DNA of 24,679 nt from a virus (lineage: Duplodnaviria > Caudoviricetes): positions 1 to 24,679 of IMG/VR virus record IMGVR_UViG_3300027763_000232; one strand, given 5' to 3'. Both the position numbers and the translations under genes were made by a program. The notes under the pieces were generated by a model. That model was given only the letters and a program-made list of their open reading frames with translations, was not told the origin of the DNA and ran no database searches. Positions 1-7,881 of the stretch are shown in pieces. The first letter of the stretch is position 1; each line of letters opens with the position of its first letter.

Positions 1-59
1 GCTTCAAGCATTTGCATTCTTTCGAGGTTGGCCTCGTGAAATTCATGTTCCGTGTGCAT
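1..59 (-). CDS. Partial hypothetical protein, first gene of the leftward transcript (MHTEHEFHEANLERMQMLE...)
   Basis: ATG at 59-57 on the minus strand, open to the window edge, downstream of a good leftward promoter. Confidence 0.55.
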   Translation of the reverse strand, partial: MHTEHEFHEANLERMQMLE

Positions 60-88
60 TCTTCGCTTTCACATTTGATTGCCGCCCG

Positions 89-117
89 AGTTTAGCAAAT
101 TTAAGTAGGAAATACAA
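89..117 (-). promoter_or_regulatory. Leftward sigma70-like promoter
   Basis: Minus strand reads TTGTAT-17 bp-TAAACT, with TG-n immediately before the -10 (extended -10). Confidence 0.6.
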
Positions 118-122
118 TCCCG

Positions 123-150
123 TTGTCTATTCTTTTTTTTGGTGTATGAT
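123..150 (+). promoter_or_regulatory. Rightward sigma70-like promoter for the cro/replication operon
   Basis: TTGTCT-16 bp-TATGAT, followed by an AGGAG RBS at 170-174 and ATG at 179. Confidence 0.55.
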
Positions 151-178
151 GCGCTTAAACCAACCGAAAAGGAGATAC

Positions 179-388
179 ATGACACTGACTGAATTTTTTG
201 ACACCAAGCCGAGAGGGGCGAAGCTGGCAATGGCGCGGAAGCTGGGCATCAGCAAGACGTGGTTGAGCCTGCTTATTTCCAACAGGGAAGTGCCTAGCCC
301 GGAGTTGTCCGTTGCCATTGAGCGGTACACCAAAGGGCAGGTACGTCGCACCACGCTGCGGCCAGACATCTTCGGAGAACTCAGATGA
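179..388 (+). CDS. Cro/YdaS-like helix-turn-helix transcriptional regulator
   Basis: 69 aa; HTH-like LAMARKLGISKTWLSLL; C-terminal 'LRPDIF' typical of Cro/YdaS; AGGAG RBS; first gene after the promoter. Confidence 0.85.
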   Translation: MTLTEFFDTKPRGAKLAMARKLGISKTWLSLLISNREVPSPELSVAIERYTKGQVRRTTLRPDIFGELR

Positions 389-1053
389 TTTGGTACAAGT
401 TCCACATCGGTGACTACCTGACGCACACCGTGCATCTGTCGGATGCGGAAGATTTGGCCTACCGCCGTCTGCTGGATTTGTACTACATGAGCGAAAAAGA
501 AATCCCACTTGAAACCGAATCGGTTTCCCGAAAAATCCGTCTGGATTTGGACATAACCGAATCGGTTTTGAATGAGTTCTTTGAACGTACCGAAACAGGG
601 TACTTTAATCGTCGTTGCCATGACGAATTGACACGTTATCAACGTCAAGTTGAGAACAATCGACAGCTTGGCCTCAGAGGAGGAAGACCGTCGAAAAGCG
701 AATCGAAAACCGAATCGAAACCGAAAGCGAACCCTAACAGAAACAGAAATAGAAATACAAATACCATTTCGTCGGATGCTCCGACAACATCACGTTTTGA
801 TGAATTTTGGAACAACTGGCCGACATCGAAACGCAAAGTCGCTAAATCGGCCTGTAAGACGAAATGGGAGCGTCAAGCACTAGACCCCTTAACCGACAAA
901 ATAAACGCCGTGGTGACCCGTTTAAAGGCCTCTGAGCAGTGGGTTTCGGGGTTTGAGCCTGCGCCCATGACGTTCTTGAACCAAAAGCGGTGGGAGGATG
1001 ACTCGGAAACCGATTCGGTTAGCGGTTCGGTTGCAGGTCGGAGGGTGATATGA
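385..1053 (+). CDS. DUF1376/YdaU-family replication initiator protein
   Basis: N-terminal WYKFHIGDY..T.HLS..E..AYRRLLDLYY signature; low-complexity linker; C-terminal FDEFWNNWP...K..K......W...P.TFLNQKRWED phage rep domain. Confidence 0.85.
   Translation: MIWYKFHIGDYLTHTVHLSDAEDLAYRRLLDLYYMSEKEIPLETESVSRKIRLDLDITESVLNEFFERTETGYFNRRCHDELTRYQRQVENNRQLGLRGGRPSKSESKTESKPKANPNRNRNRNTNTISSDAPTTSRFDEFWNNWPTSKRKVAKSACKTKWERQALDPLTDKINAVVTRLKASEQWVSGFEPAPMTFLNQKRWEDDSETDSVSGSVAGRRVI
511..1032. repeat. Iteron-like AA(C/G)CGA(A/T)TCG repeats inside the initiator gene (candidate origin)
   Basis: Palindromes GAAACCGA-A-TCGGTTTC (511-527), AACCGA-A-TCGGTT (555-567) and AACCGA-T-TCGGTT (1008-1020); tandem copies at 691-733 followed by an A-rich tract; lambda O-type initiators carry ori within the gene. 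Confidence 0.55.
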
Positions 1054-1484
1054 CACCGATTGAGCAACTGTTGAGCCGACTGGCAAAAGTCAAAGGCCGC
1101 AACGGGTCATGGACGGCACGTTGCCCTGCCCACGAGGACAGAGGCCCGTCATTGTCGATCCGCGAAAAAGAAGATGGCCGCATCTTGCTGCACTGCCACG
1201 CAGGGTGCGACGTTTTCCAAGTAGTGCATTCGGTCGGGCTGGACTTGGGCGACCTGTTCCCGCCTGACGACAAGCGCCGCGACTACCCAGTCCACGGGTT
1301 GCCTGCGGTGAAGCCTGCGTTCTACGCCAGCGACTTGCTGCGCATCATCTCGTTTGAGACACTGGTGGTCGCCATCTGTGCCTACGACATGAGCCAAGGC
1401 AAGCGGCTGGCCGAGGGCGACAGAGAGAGATTGAAAGTATCCCAACAGCGAATAGAAGAGGCGGTGAAGTATGCAAATGTCTAG
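1050..1484 (+). CDS. Primase-type zinc-binding domain protein (CHC2/P4 alpha-like), no TOPRIM domain
   Basis: WTARCPAHEDRGPSLSI...ILLHCHAGC zinc motif; lies between the initiator and helicase. Confidence 0.8.
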   Translation: MTPIEQLLSRLAKVKGRNGSWTARCPAHEDRGPSLSIREKEDGRILLHCHAGCDVFQVVHSVGLDLGDLFPPDDKRRDYPVHGLPAVKPAFYASDLLRIISFETLVVAICAYDMSQGKRLAEGDRERLKVSQQRIEEAVKYANV

Positions 1485-2472
1485 CGTAGAGGTTCGGGCA
1501 AAGGAGTTGGATGAGGCGCGTCGCATCCGCATCATCAAGCCCGACGAGATTGATTTTGAGAAATACCTGAAGGCCAACGACGTGGCCCAGAAGGTTCGGT
1601 TGGCAGACGAGTTCTTGCTGGAGATTGAGCAGGAGTTGAACAGCCCGAAGGTTGAGGAATTGCAGACCATGCCGTGGCCGAAGACCAGCCAAGGGTTTCA
1701 GTTCCGCGCTGGTGAGGTCACGCTGTACGCAGGCGGCAACGGTGGCGGCAAGAGCATGGTGACGGGCCAGATCGCACTGGGGCTAATCAAGCAGCGCCAG
1801 AAGGTAATGATTGCGTCGTTCGAGATGAAGCCCAAGCGAACCCTGTTCCGTATGCTGCGTCAGTTCGCTGGCGAGAACATCGACTTCCCACGTTACATCG
1901 ACAAGGCGCGGTATCTGAACGGGTTGATTGAGCGTATGCGCCTGTTTGCTCTTGACCACCTGTGGCTGTACGACCAGCAGGGCACAGTGACCGCGCAGCA
2001 GGTGATTGCGGTCTCGCGCTACAGCGCTGTGGAGTTGGGTGTGCAGCACATTTTCATTGACTCGCTGATGAAGTGCGTGTCTGGCGAGGACGACTACAAC
2101 GCGCAGAAAGCATTTGTCGATGAGTTGACCTCGCTGGCGCGTGACCACAACGTCCACGTCCACTTGATCCACCACATCCGCAAATTGCAAAGCGAGGAGA
2201 TCAAGCCGAACAAGAATGACATCAAGGGTTCGGGTTCCATCAGCGACCAAGTGGACAACGTCCTGATGGTCTGGCGGAACAAGAAGAAGGAGCACGACGC
2301 GCAGACTGGCTCGGTCGATCCGATGATCCCTGACGCTTACCTGATGTGCGAGAAGCAGCGTAACGGCGAGTCCGAGGATTGGTACTCGCTTTGGTATCTG
2401 AAAGACAGCCAGCAGTTTGTGGAGTCCTGCGACTCGCGTCCAATGTCATTCGACGCTGGGGGGGAATTTTGA
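1471..2472 (+). CDS. DnaB/T7 gp4-like replicative helicase (SF4)
   Basis: Walker A GGNGGGKS, SFEM, Walker B IFIDSL, HHIRK, DIKGSGSI.D.VDN, EKQRNG motifs. Confidence 0.9.
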   Translation: MQMSSVEVRAKELDEARRIRIIKPDEIDFEKYLKANDVAQKVRLADEFLLEIEQELNSPKVEELQTMPWPKTSQGFQFRAGEVTLYAGGNGGGKSMVTGQIALGLIKQRQKVMIASFEMKPKRTLFRMLRQFAGENIDFPRYIDKARYLNGLIERMRLFALDHLWLYDQQGTVTAQQVIAVSRYSAVELGVQHIFIDSLMKCVSGEDDYNAQKAFVDELTSLARDHNVHVHLIHHIRKLQSEEIKPNKNDIKGSGSISDQVDNVLMVWRNKKKEHDAQTGSVDPMIPDAYLMCEKQRNGESEDWYSLWYLKDSQQFVESCDSRPMSFDAGGEF

Positions 2473-2711
2473 ATGCCGCGCAAGAAGGTGTTGGAGACGA
2501 TGAACATCGGCATCGCTGTCTCGTTCGATGGGTCATTAAAAAGAGACTGGAAGATCGTGACGGTGCTCACAACTGGCTCAACGGCTACCGTGACCACATG
2601 GGGAAGCAGCACAAGGGATGGAACGACTTACATCCCAAGTCACGTCTTGAAGCAGATGTTCGAGAACAGTGGGCAAAGGGTAATAGAGGCAACACAGGAG
2701 AATGGAAATGA
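2469..2711 (+). CDS. Hypothetical phage protein
   Basis: Probable TTG start overlapping the helicase stop; EHRHRCLVRW...EQWAKGNRG..GEW resembles small proteins seen after phage helicases; stop overlaps the next ATG. Confidence 0.6.
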   Translation: MNAAQEGVGDDEHRHRCLVRWVIKKRLEDRDGAHNWLNGYRDHMGKQHKGWNDLHPKSRLEADVREQWAKGNRGNTGEWK

Positions 2712-2908
2712 CAGACGACGAAGAAATTGAGTTTCACCGACTTAAAACGGCAAGAGATTCTCTGATGCTGTTGGTTGCTAATTTGCGCGGGCAGTTGGAA
2801 ACCATAGCCGCCGACGAGCGTGAGGCGTGTGCATTGATTGGTGACAGCATGGATGCTTGTCAAGATGGGGCTATTGGCAAAGCCATCAGAGCAAGGGGGC
2901 AAGCATGA
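2708..2908 (+). CDS. Hypothetical protein (EREACA...AIRARG motif)
   Basis: ATGA coupling at both ends; common phage C-terminal motif. Confidence 0.65.
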   Translation: MTDDEEIEFHRLKTARDSLMLLVANLRGQLETIAADEREACALIGDSMDACQDGAIGKAIRARGQA

Positions 2909-3252
2909 TTGAAATCACATTACCTTGGCCTCCAACGGTCAACACTTACTGGCGCAACTTCGATGGGCGCGTTCTTATCAGTAAGAAGGGACGCGAGTAC
3001 CGCAAGGCGGTGGCCGACCAAGTGCTGATACAGCGGGCTAACAAGCACATCGACTACGCCGTGAAGGTGGAAATCAGGGCATATCGCCCTGACCGCCGCC
3101 GTCGCGACCTAGACAACCTGCTCAAAGCAATTCTGGACTCCATGACTCACGCAGGCGTGATGCAAGACGACGCCTTAATTGAAGACCTGCGGGTGTACTG
3201 GGCGGACGAGATTGGTGGAATGGTGAAGATAACTATTGAGGGGATTGAATGA
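2905..3252 (+). CDS. rusA: RusA-family Holliday junction resolvase
   Basis: LPWPPTVNTYWR, PDRRRRDLDNLLKAILDSM and DDALI catalytic motifs. Confidence 0.92.
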   Translation: MIEITLPWPPTVNTYWRNFDGRVLISKKGREYRKAVADQVLIQRANKHIDYAVKVEIRAYRPDRRRRDLDNLLKAILDSMTHAGVMQDDALIEDLRVYWADEIGGMVKITIEGIE

Positions 3253-3359
3253 ACTTCATTTTTGCTTTGGTGGTGGTGTACTTTTTGTTCTCAGGAGACC
3301 CGCCGTTGATTGATGTCCTGCATGACCGCGTAATGCAAAGTTTGGAGAAAAAAGCATGA
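3249..3359 (+). CDS. Small hypothetical membrane peptide (36 aa)
   Basis: MNFIFALVVVYFLFSGDPP...; ATGA overlaps at both ends; not in the ORF track. Confidence 0.5.
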   Translation: MNFIFALVVVYFLFSGDPPLIDVLHDRVMQSLEKKA

Positions 3360-3526
3360 CAGAAGAACCAGAACTGATTGACATTTACGCGATGTTCATC
3401 TTGATGGGTTTGGTACAAAAGCCAGTGCAAGGTCGGTCAAGAGTTGACATTGCTTACGAGGCTTTTGAACAAGCGAGAGCGATGGTTGATGTGCGTGAAG
3501 ACTTTATAAAAGAAAGGAGAAAGTGA
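3356..3526 (+). CDS. Small hypothetical protein (56 aa)
   Basis: MTEEPELIDIYAMFILMGL...AYEAFEQARAM; coupled to both neighbours. Confidence 0.55.
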   Translation: MTEEPELIDIYAMFILMGLVQKPVQGRSRVDIAYEAFEQARAMVDVREDFIKERRK

Positions 3527-3651
3527 TGGAAGAATTTTTCCAAGTGGTCAGTTGGATTTTGATGTTGACTGGGATTGGGGTCTGGGTATTTGGGTTCTTC
3601 ATGGTGTGGTTTTACTGGTCATGCCAACGGCCACCAAAGGATGAGCAATGA
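3526..3651 (+). CDS. Small hypothetical membrane protein (41 aa)
   Basis: AGGAG RBS; one hydrophobic segment; TGATG/ATGA coupling. Confidence 0.55.
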   Translation: MEEFFQVVSWILMLTGIGVWVFGFFMVWFYWSCQRPPKDEQ

Positions 3652-3980
3652 GTGAAGACCGCGACCCACACAAAGCCGTTGACTACATCCTGCTCAACGG
3701 AAAGAAGTTCGCTAAAGCAAAGGCCGAGAGGTGCTACATCGAAGAGTACCGAAAGTCCCTCAAGGCCATCTTGATGAAGCGGAGCATGGAGAGCGCCATT
3801 GGAGCGCAAGAGCGCGAGGCATACGCGCACCCTGAGTATGTGCAGCTTCTTGAGGGGCTGCGCGAGGCAATTGAGATAGAAGAAAAGCTGCGCTGGGATT
3901 TATTGGGGGCACAAGCCCGCGTTGAAATCTGGCGCACCGAACAAGCAAACAACCGAGCAGAAGGAAAGGCAACGCTATGA
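3648..3980 (+). CDS. Conserved-type helical phage protein
   Basis: 110 aa, AQEREAYAHPEY and EIWRTEQAN.R motifs; coupled to neighbours. Confidence 0.7.
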   Translation: MSEDRDPHKAVDYILLNGKKFAKAKAERCYIEEYRKSLKAILMKRSMESAIGAQEREAYAHPEYVQLLEGLREAIEIEEKLRWDLLGAQARVEIWRTEQANNRAEGKATL

Positions 3981-4258
3981 AAAAGACTGTGTTTACGATT
4001 TTGATTATTTGTTCAATGGGCTGGCTGGAAGGATGTTCAACGAACACGAGGGTGGTTGAAGAGCCTACGTTCACCAGTCAGACGCTGGTGCTCGACAAGA
4101 AGATTCAGCCACTGACCCGCATGGAGCAGATCGACGCTATCAAGGAGTGCCAAGAGGTCAACCTGCGGCCACGTCTGGTGTACGGCAAGCGGATGGTCAA
4201 TGGCGTCAGCAGCGAGATCGTGCTGGACGTTATCTGCGCCAACAAGTATGCGTTCTGA
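3977..4258 (+). CDS. Putative lipoprotein
   Basis: MKK + hydrophobic stretch + lipobox-like LEGC at residue 20. Confidence 0.6.
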   Translation: MKKTVFTILIICSMGWLEGCSTNTRVVEEPTFTSQTLVLDKKIQPLTRMEQIDAIKECQEVNLRPRLVYGKRMVNGVSSEIVLDVICANKYAF

Positions 4259-4262
4259 CGCC

Positions 4263-4412
4263 ATGAGAGCCGTCTTCAACCTCTTCGCCGTTGCCTGCAT
4301 GGCAATTGGCTTTGTTGCGACCCTGATGGTGGCCGGGTACGCTTACTACTACTACCAGTACGTCCCTGAGTGCTTCACCCTCCGCGCAGCATTCACCAAG
4401 GAGTGCAAATGA
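4263..4412 (+). CDS. Small membrane protein
   Basis: Single hydrophobic helix; stop overlaps the next ATG. Confidence 0.55.
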   Translation: MRAVFNLFAVACMAIGFVATLMVAGYAYYYYQYVPECFTLRAAFTKECK

Positions 4413-4621
4413 CGCCGACAGCCAAACTGCGTTTTGTTGAGCGCACAGTACAAGTGCCATTTCAAAACTACAAAGATGTAACGGAATCAAAAACAGTCCG
4501 CATCCTCCAGCAATGGTGGGAGAAATCAATAACCATCAATCTTGGTTGGACTGGTGATATACCTTTGCGAAAAGCAGAGGGTGAATGGCGTGATGTACCA
4601 CTTGAGGTGGAGCAAGCATGA
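4409..4621 (+). CDS. Hypothetical protein
   Basis: AAGGAG RBS; LRFVER...ILQQWW...GEWRDVP pattern. Confidence 0.7.
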   Translation: MTPTAKLRFVERTVQVPFQNYKDVTESKTVRILQQWWEKSITINLGWTGDIPLRKAEGEWRDVPLEVEQA

Positions 4622-4815
4622 AAGAAGACACCACAACCATCGACCCCACATGGATGAGCAAGACAGGCGGTTTTGCCCGCGACATGACCATGCGTGATGA
4701 ATTTGCGGGACGGGCTATGCAGGTGCTTAAAGACAGCGTTTGGAATTTTGAGTTGCTTGCAACAGAGGCTTATCTAATGGCAGACGCAATGCTTGCAGCG
4801 AGGGATGCGAAATGA
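4618..4815 (+). CDS. Hypothetical phage protein (MT.RD.FA..AM...AY..ADAML.AR family)
   Basis: Widespread phage motif; ATGA coupling. Confidence 0.75.
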   Translation: MKEDTTTIDPTWMSKTGGFARDMTMRDEFAGRAMQVLKDSVWNFELLATEAYLMADAMLAARDAK

Positions 4816-4967
4816 TACTTACACCACAGCAGATGGCAGAGTCAACGTTAAAAATACTGGATGACGTTGTTGCCGACATCTACCCACCAGAAGAACGCGA
4901 AGAGGCCAAGGCCCGCATCCTTGATGCGTGGAGCGCGGAGATGTTTCAGGGGAGGGACGCGGCATGA
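4812..4967 (+). CDS. Small hypothetical protein (51 aa)
   Basis: MILTPQQMAESTLKILDDVV...; ATGA overlaps at both ends. Confidence 0.55.
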   Translation: MILTPQQMAESTLKILDDVVADIYPPEEREEAKARILDAWSAEMFQGRDAA

Positions 4968-5080
4968 GTGGCGAGGACGATGACTACCTAGAGGACATTG
5001 TCGTCACCGTCATTTCGGTTTTTGCGTTTGTTTTGTTTGTCGCTGCCGTGGGTAGCATTTTGTGGGCGCTAATTGCATGA
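4964..5080 (+). CDS. Small membrane protein (38 aa)
   Basis: GGAGG RBS; acidic N-terminus plus TM helix; ATGA overlaps. Confidence 0.55.
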   Translation: MSGEDDDYLEDIVVTVISVFAFVLFVAAVGSILWALIA

Positions 5081-5289
5081 TTCAAGTTATCTACATCCCC
5101 ATCCTGTTCGTCTGTATGAACAATCACTGTGAGTTCATGCAGTCAATGAAATACTTCACCCGCGAATCGGAGTGCCGTAGCTCAGTAGAGGAGCAAAAGG
5201 AAAACCTACGCAAGATGTCCCTCAAAGGTAACGCCATGATTACCCAGCTTGAGGGTACTTGCATCACATTAAAGAATGGAATGCTATGA
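5077..5289 (+). CDS. Hypothetical Cys-containing protein
   Basis: ORF coupled to both neighbours; 4 Cys. Confidence 0.6.
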   Translation: MIQVIYIPILFVCMNNHCEFMQSMKYFTRESECRSSVEEQKENLRKMSLKGNAMITQLEGTCITLKNGML

Positions 5290-5474
5290 CTTGGGTTATA
5301 GACGTGCGGTACATCGACAACAACGACATCAGCAAATCTGTGGGACAGAGCGTAACTCTGAATGATTTTTTGCTTCATCATTACGAAGAAGATGCATTTG
5401 ATATTCGGGTCGAAGTATTCAAAAAAATCCTGCAAGACATAGAGCGTAAAAAACAAAAAATGGAGCAAACATGA
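5286..5474 (+). CDS. Hypothetical protein
   Basis: ATGA overlaps at both ends. Confidence 0.55.
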   Translation: MTWVIDVRYIDNNDISKSVGQSVTLNDFLLHHYEEDAFDIRVEVFKKILQDIERKKQKMEQT

Positions 5475-6214
5475 AAACTGAAGAAGACGAGGCGTTTGAC
5501 GACCTTGCCCGCAAGCAAGGTGCGTGGGGCGGTGGCTTTCAAGCTAAGCGCCAAGCGGCAATGGACAAAATCAATTCCCACTTTGATGCGGAGTACAAGA
5601 AGATGCACGAAGACCGCGCTGTGTACGGCACATCGTGGTCAAAAAATGGTGAGCGCATTGACCCAGCAAGCGTGTACCTTGAGGAGCCAGCGCAGGAGCA
5701 AGAGGAGGATTGGGGTGCGCTTGCTGAAAAGCAGTTGGCATCAATTAAACGCGACACGCGGGCAAACTTTGAAGACGCAATGGTTCGCGCTACGCATAAA
5801 GTGATGGCCGAATTTGAGGCACAGCCAGCGCAGGAGCCTGTGACGCACTTGTGGGAATGTCTCGGCAGATGGTCTGCGTACCTTGTTGAAAATGGAAAGC
5901 AAGCAGACTGTGCGCCTCCATCATGGCTCGTTGACGCAATAAATAAGGCCACCACCCCACCCCTGCCAGAGCAGGAGCCGGTGGCGCAAGGCTCAAAAGA
6001 GCACCTCAAAATAATGATGGAGCACAGCGCATGGGACGACCGCCTTGAGCTATCTGATGCCTTGGCAAACATTGACGAGTTTTACGCAACCGCCCCACCA
6101 AAGCGCGAGTGGGTAGGGTTGACGGAAAAAGAAGCAAAAAGTTTTATAAGTTTTTACAAAATGGATATTGTCCGATTTGTTGAAGCCAAACTCAAGGAGA
6201 AGAATTTTGACTAA
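5471..6214 (+). CDS. Mosaic hypothetical protein with (A/E)QEP linker repeats
   Basis: PAQEQE, PAQEPV and PEQEPVA linkers; C-terminal REWVGLT...EAKLKEKN module. Confidence 0.75.
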   Translation: MKTEEDEAFDDLARKQGAWGGGFQAKRQAAMDKINSHFDAEYKKMHEDRAVYGTSWSKNGERIDPASVYLEEPAQEQEEDWGALAEKQLASIKRDTRANFEDAMVRATHKVMAEFEAQPAQEPVTHLWECLGRWSAYLVENGKQADCAPPSWLVDAINKATTPPLPEQEPVAQGSKEHLKIMMEHSAWDDRLELSDALANIDEFYATAPPKREWVGLTEKEAKSFISFYKMDIVRFVEAKLKEKNFD

Positions 6215-6348
6215 AGACGAAGCACTAACGCTTGAGGCTTTGAAATATGCTGCCAGTAAGGGTTACGGGCACATTGTGCGAGAGATGAAAATTGCCCCAT
6301 TTACCATCAAAGGTGATGAAGCCTTGGCACAGCCAGCGCAGGAGCCTG
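5685..6348 (+). repeat. GCCAG(C/A)GCAGGAGC direct repeats (4 copies)
   Basis: Copies at 5685-5699, 5818-5840, 5965-5979 and 6326-6348; 5818-5840 and 6326-6348 are identical over 23 bp. Confidence 0.8.
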
Positions 6349-6500
6349 ACGCGCTGACCATCGCATACCAGTCGGGCTTCTATGATGGCAAGAAGGCGGC
6401 ACTGGCCGGGCGCGAGTGGAACTTCTGCGAACGCTGCGGCAAGCGCACTGCTGACAAGACTGCTATTCATACCTGCACACCTCCGCAGGGGGCCGCATGA
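6207..6500 (+). CDS. Mosaic hypothetical protein with AQPAQEP linker and C-terminal CxxC/HxC zinc ribbon
   Basis: Probable TTG start after AAGGAG; NFCERCGKR...IHTCTPP. Confidence 0.65.
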   Translation: MTKDEALTLEALKYAASKGYGHIVREMKIAPFTIKGDEALAQPAQEPDALTIAYQSGFYDGKKAALAGREWNFCERCGKRTADKTAIHTCTPPQGAA

Positions 6501-6558
6501 CTGAAACTCAGTATTGGGTATTGCTTGTAATTTTGGGCATTTGGGTATGGAGCAAGAT

Positions 6559-6780
6559 ATGAACGTACTGCAATACTTGAACAGCCTGCGACCAGCAATA
6601 CCCATGTCCGCCGAGCGCCCATGCACCGTCATGAGCAACGGCGAACTGCGTAGGCACATGGTGCAAGGCGCTGTGCTCATCAATGGCGAGACTGTGACAC
6701 CGGACGAGCCGATGGATTTCCCAGTGTTCTCGCTGGTGTTCTTCCCGAACTCGAAGAACCGTAGAACCACGATTGTTTAG
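6559..6780 (+). CDS. S4-like RNA-binding domain protein
   Basis: SNGELRRHMVQGAVLINGE matches the S4 core (S..EARR.I.QGAV.ING) of TyrRS C-terminal/S4 domains. Confidence 0.6.
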   Translation: MNVLQYLNSLRPAIPMSAERPCTVMSNGELRRHMVQGAVLINGETVTPDEPMDFPVFSLVFFPNSKNRRTTIV

Positions 6781-6790
6781 GAGAATAGCT

Positions 6791-6958
6791 ATGGACGATG
6801 AATCAATTTACTTGGGCGATGGCGTGTACGCCAGTTTCGACGGATTCCAGATATGGCTGGCAGTAAATCATCACGAGAACAACGTGGTGGCGTTAGACCC
6901 GAGCGTGTTTGCCCAACTGTGCAAGTACGTTGAGATGCTGAAGGAGAAGAGCGGATGA
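6791..6958 (+). CDS. Hypothetical protein (YLGDGVYA.FDG.QIWL family)
   Basis: AGGAG RBS; recognisable small phage protein motif. Confidence 0.7.
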   Translation: MDDESIYLGDGVYASFDGFQIWLAVNHHENNVVALDPSVFAQLCKYVEMLKEKSG

Positions 6959-7122
6959 GATGCCCAGAATGCAAGGCGCACACAGACGTGAAAGAAACGC
7001 GCCAACTTCAGGGCAGCGTAGTCAAGCGCAAGCGCCTATGCTTCAACAACCACACCTTCTACACAGAAGAGCGCCCTATCAAACCAGAGGCCAAGCGTGA
7101 ACAACCAACTGACAAAGGCTGA
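6955..7122 (+). CDS. NrdR N-terminal-like zinc ribbon protein (55 aa)
   Basis: MRCPEC...T.VKETR......KRKRLC.N.HTFYTEE; AAGGAG RBS; not in the ORF track. Confidence 0.65.
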   Translation: MRCPECKAHTDVKETRQLQGSVVKRKRLCFNNHTFYTEERPIKPEAKREQPTDKG

Positions 7123-7357
7123 ACGCGCTCACGTCGGGCGGGTGAAGTCGCTCCCCTGCTCGGTATGCGATCAGGCTGGCCCAAGCGACGCACACCACGT
7201 CAAACAGCATCGGCAGTACGTTTGCATTGCCCTGTGCAAAGACTGCCACCAAGGGGCGTTTAACGGCCTCCACGGGCAGCGCAGGATGTGGGCTGTGAGG
7301 AAGATGGACGAGATGGACGCCCTGAACGTGACGATCCAGCGATTGGTTGAAAACTAG
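7097..7357 (+). CDS. HNH-like zinc nuclease (Ref/DUF968-like)
   Basis: LPCSVC....SDAHH......IALCKDCH pattern. Confidence 0.7.
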   Translation: MNNQLTKAERAHVGRVKSLPCSVCDQAGPSDAHHVKQHRQYVCIALCKDCHQGAFNGLHGQRRMWAVRKMDEMDALNVTIQRLVEN

Positions 7358-7435
7358 GGGTTTTCCCTACTTTTGAGGTTTTTTTCACTTTTTTTTCGTT
7401 TGGGGCTGTTTTTCTGTTTAATCTGGAGTTACACT
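7355..7435 (+). promoter_or_regulatory. Regulatory region: TAGGG-N5-CCCTA palindrome, T-tract and -10-like TACACT
   Basis: Architecture shared with 9862-9928. Confidence 0.45.
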
Positions 7436-7494
7436 CCCAATCACTGACCAAGCAATCGTGCAAGGCAGAACCAGAGAAAGAAAGCGAGTCCACC

Positions 7495-7842
7495 ATGAAA
7501 TCAAACGACATCACCCTGACCCAAGTCGATGTACTGGGTAACCTGTTGGCCCAGATCGCCGAGTTGACCAAGCAGGCCGACGCCATCAAGGACGACATCA
7601 AAGACTCCGCCAGCATGGGCGGTGCAAAGGTTGTCGAGGGCAACCTGTTCAAAGCCACCTACATCGAAAGCAATCGTTCCAGCACCGACTGGCTGGCTCT
7701 GGTTGCGGGCAAGCTCGAAGTCGAGGCTGACTGGAAAAAGGTCGCGGCCAAGATTGGTTACGAAGAGCAAGACGTACCAAAAGCAATTGCCGCCAACACC
7801 AAGACCACTGCTGTGTTCTCGGTCAAAGTCACCAGCCGCTAA
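7495..7842 (+). CDS. Hypothetical protein
   Basis: 115-aa ORF with strong codon bias, after a putative promoter. Confidence 0.75.
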   Translation: MKSNDITLTQVDVLGNLLAQIAELTKQADAIKDDIKDSASMGGAKVVEGNLFKATYIESNRSSTDWLALVAGKLEVEADWKKVAAKIGYEEQDVPKAIAANTKTTAVFSVKVTSR

Positions 7843-7881
7843 TCAACCAACGGGGCTTCGGCCCCATCAAGGAGCATCACC

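Noticed and set aside
1-120. CI repressor divergent from cro (lysogeny switch)
   Set aside because: The visible N-terminus of the leftward gene is not HTH-like and no integrase is in the window, so lifestyle cannot be determined
691-765. CRISPR-like or microsatellite array
   Set aside because: The units are short, degenerate, lack spacers and lie within a coding linker; they fit iterons better
2473-2730. 85-aa ORF directly after the helicase
   Set aside because: The overlapping frame 2469-2711 has a more phage-like sequence and couples to both neighbours
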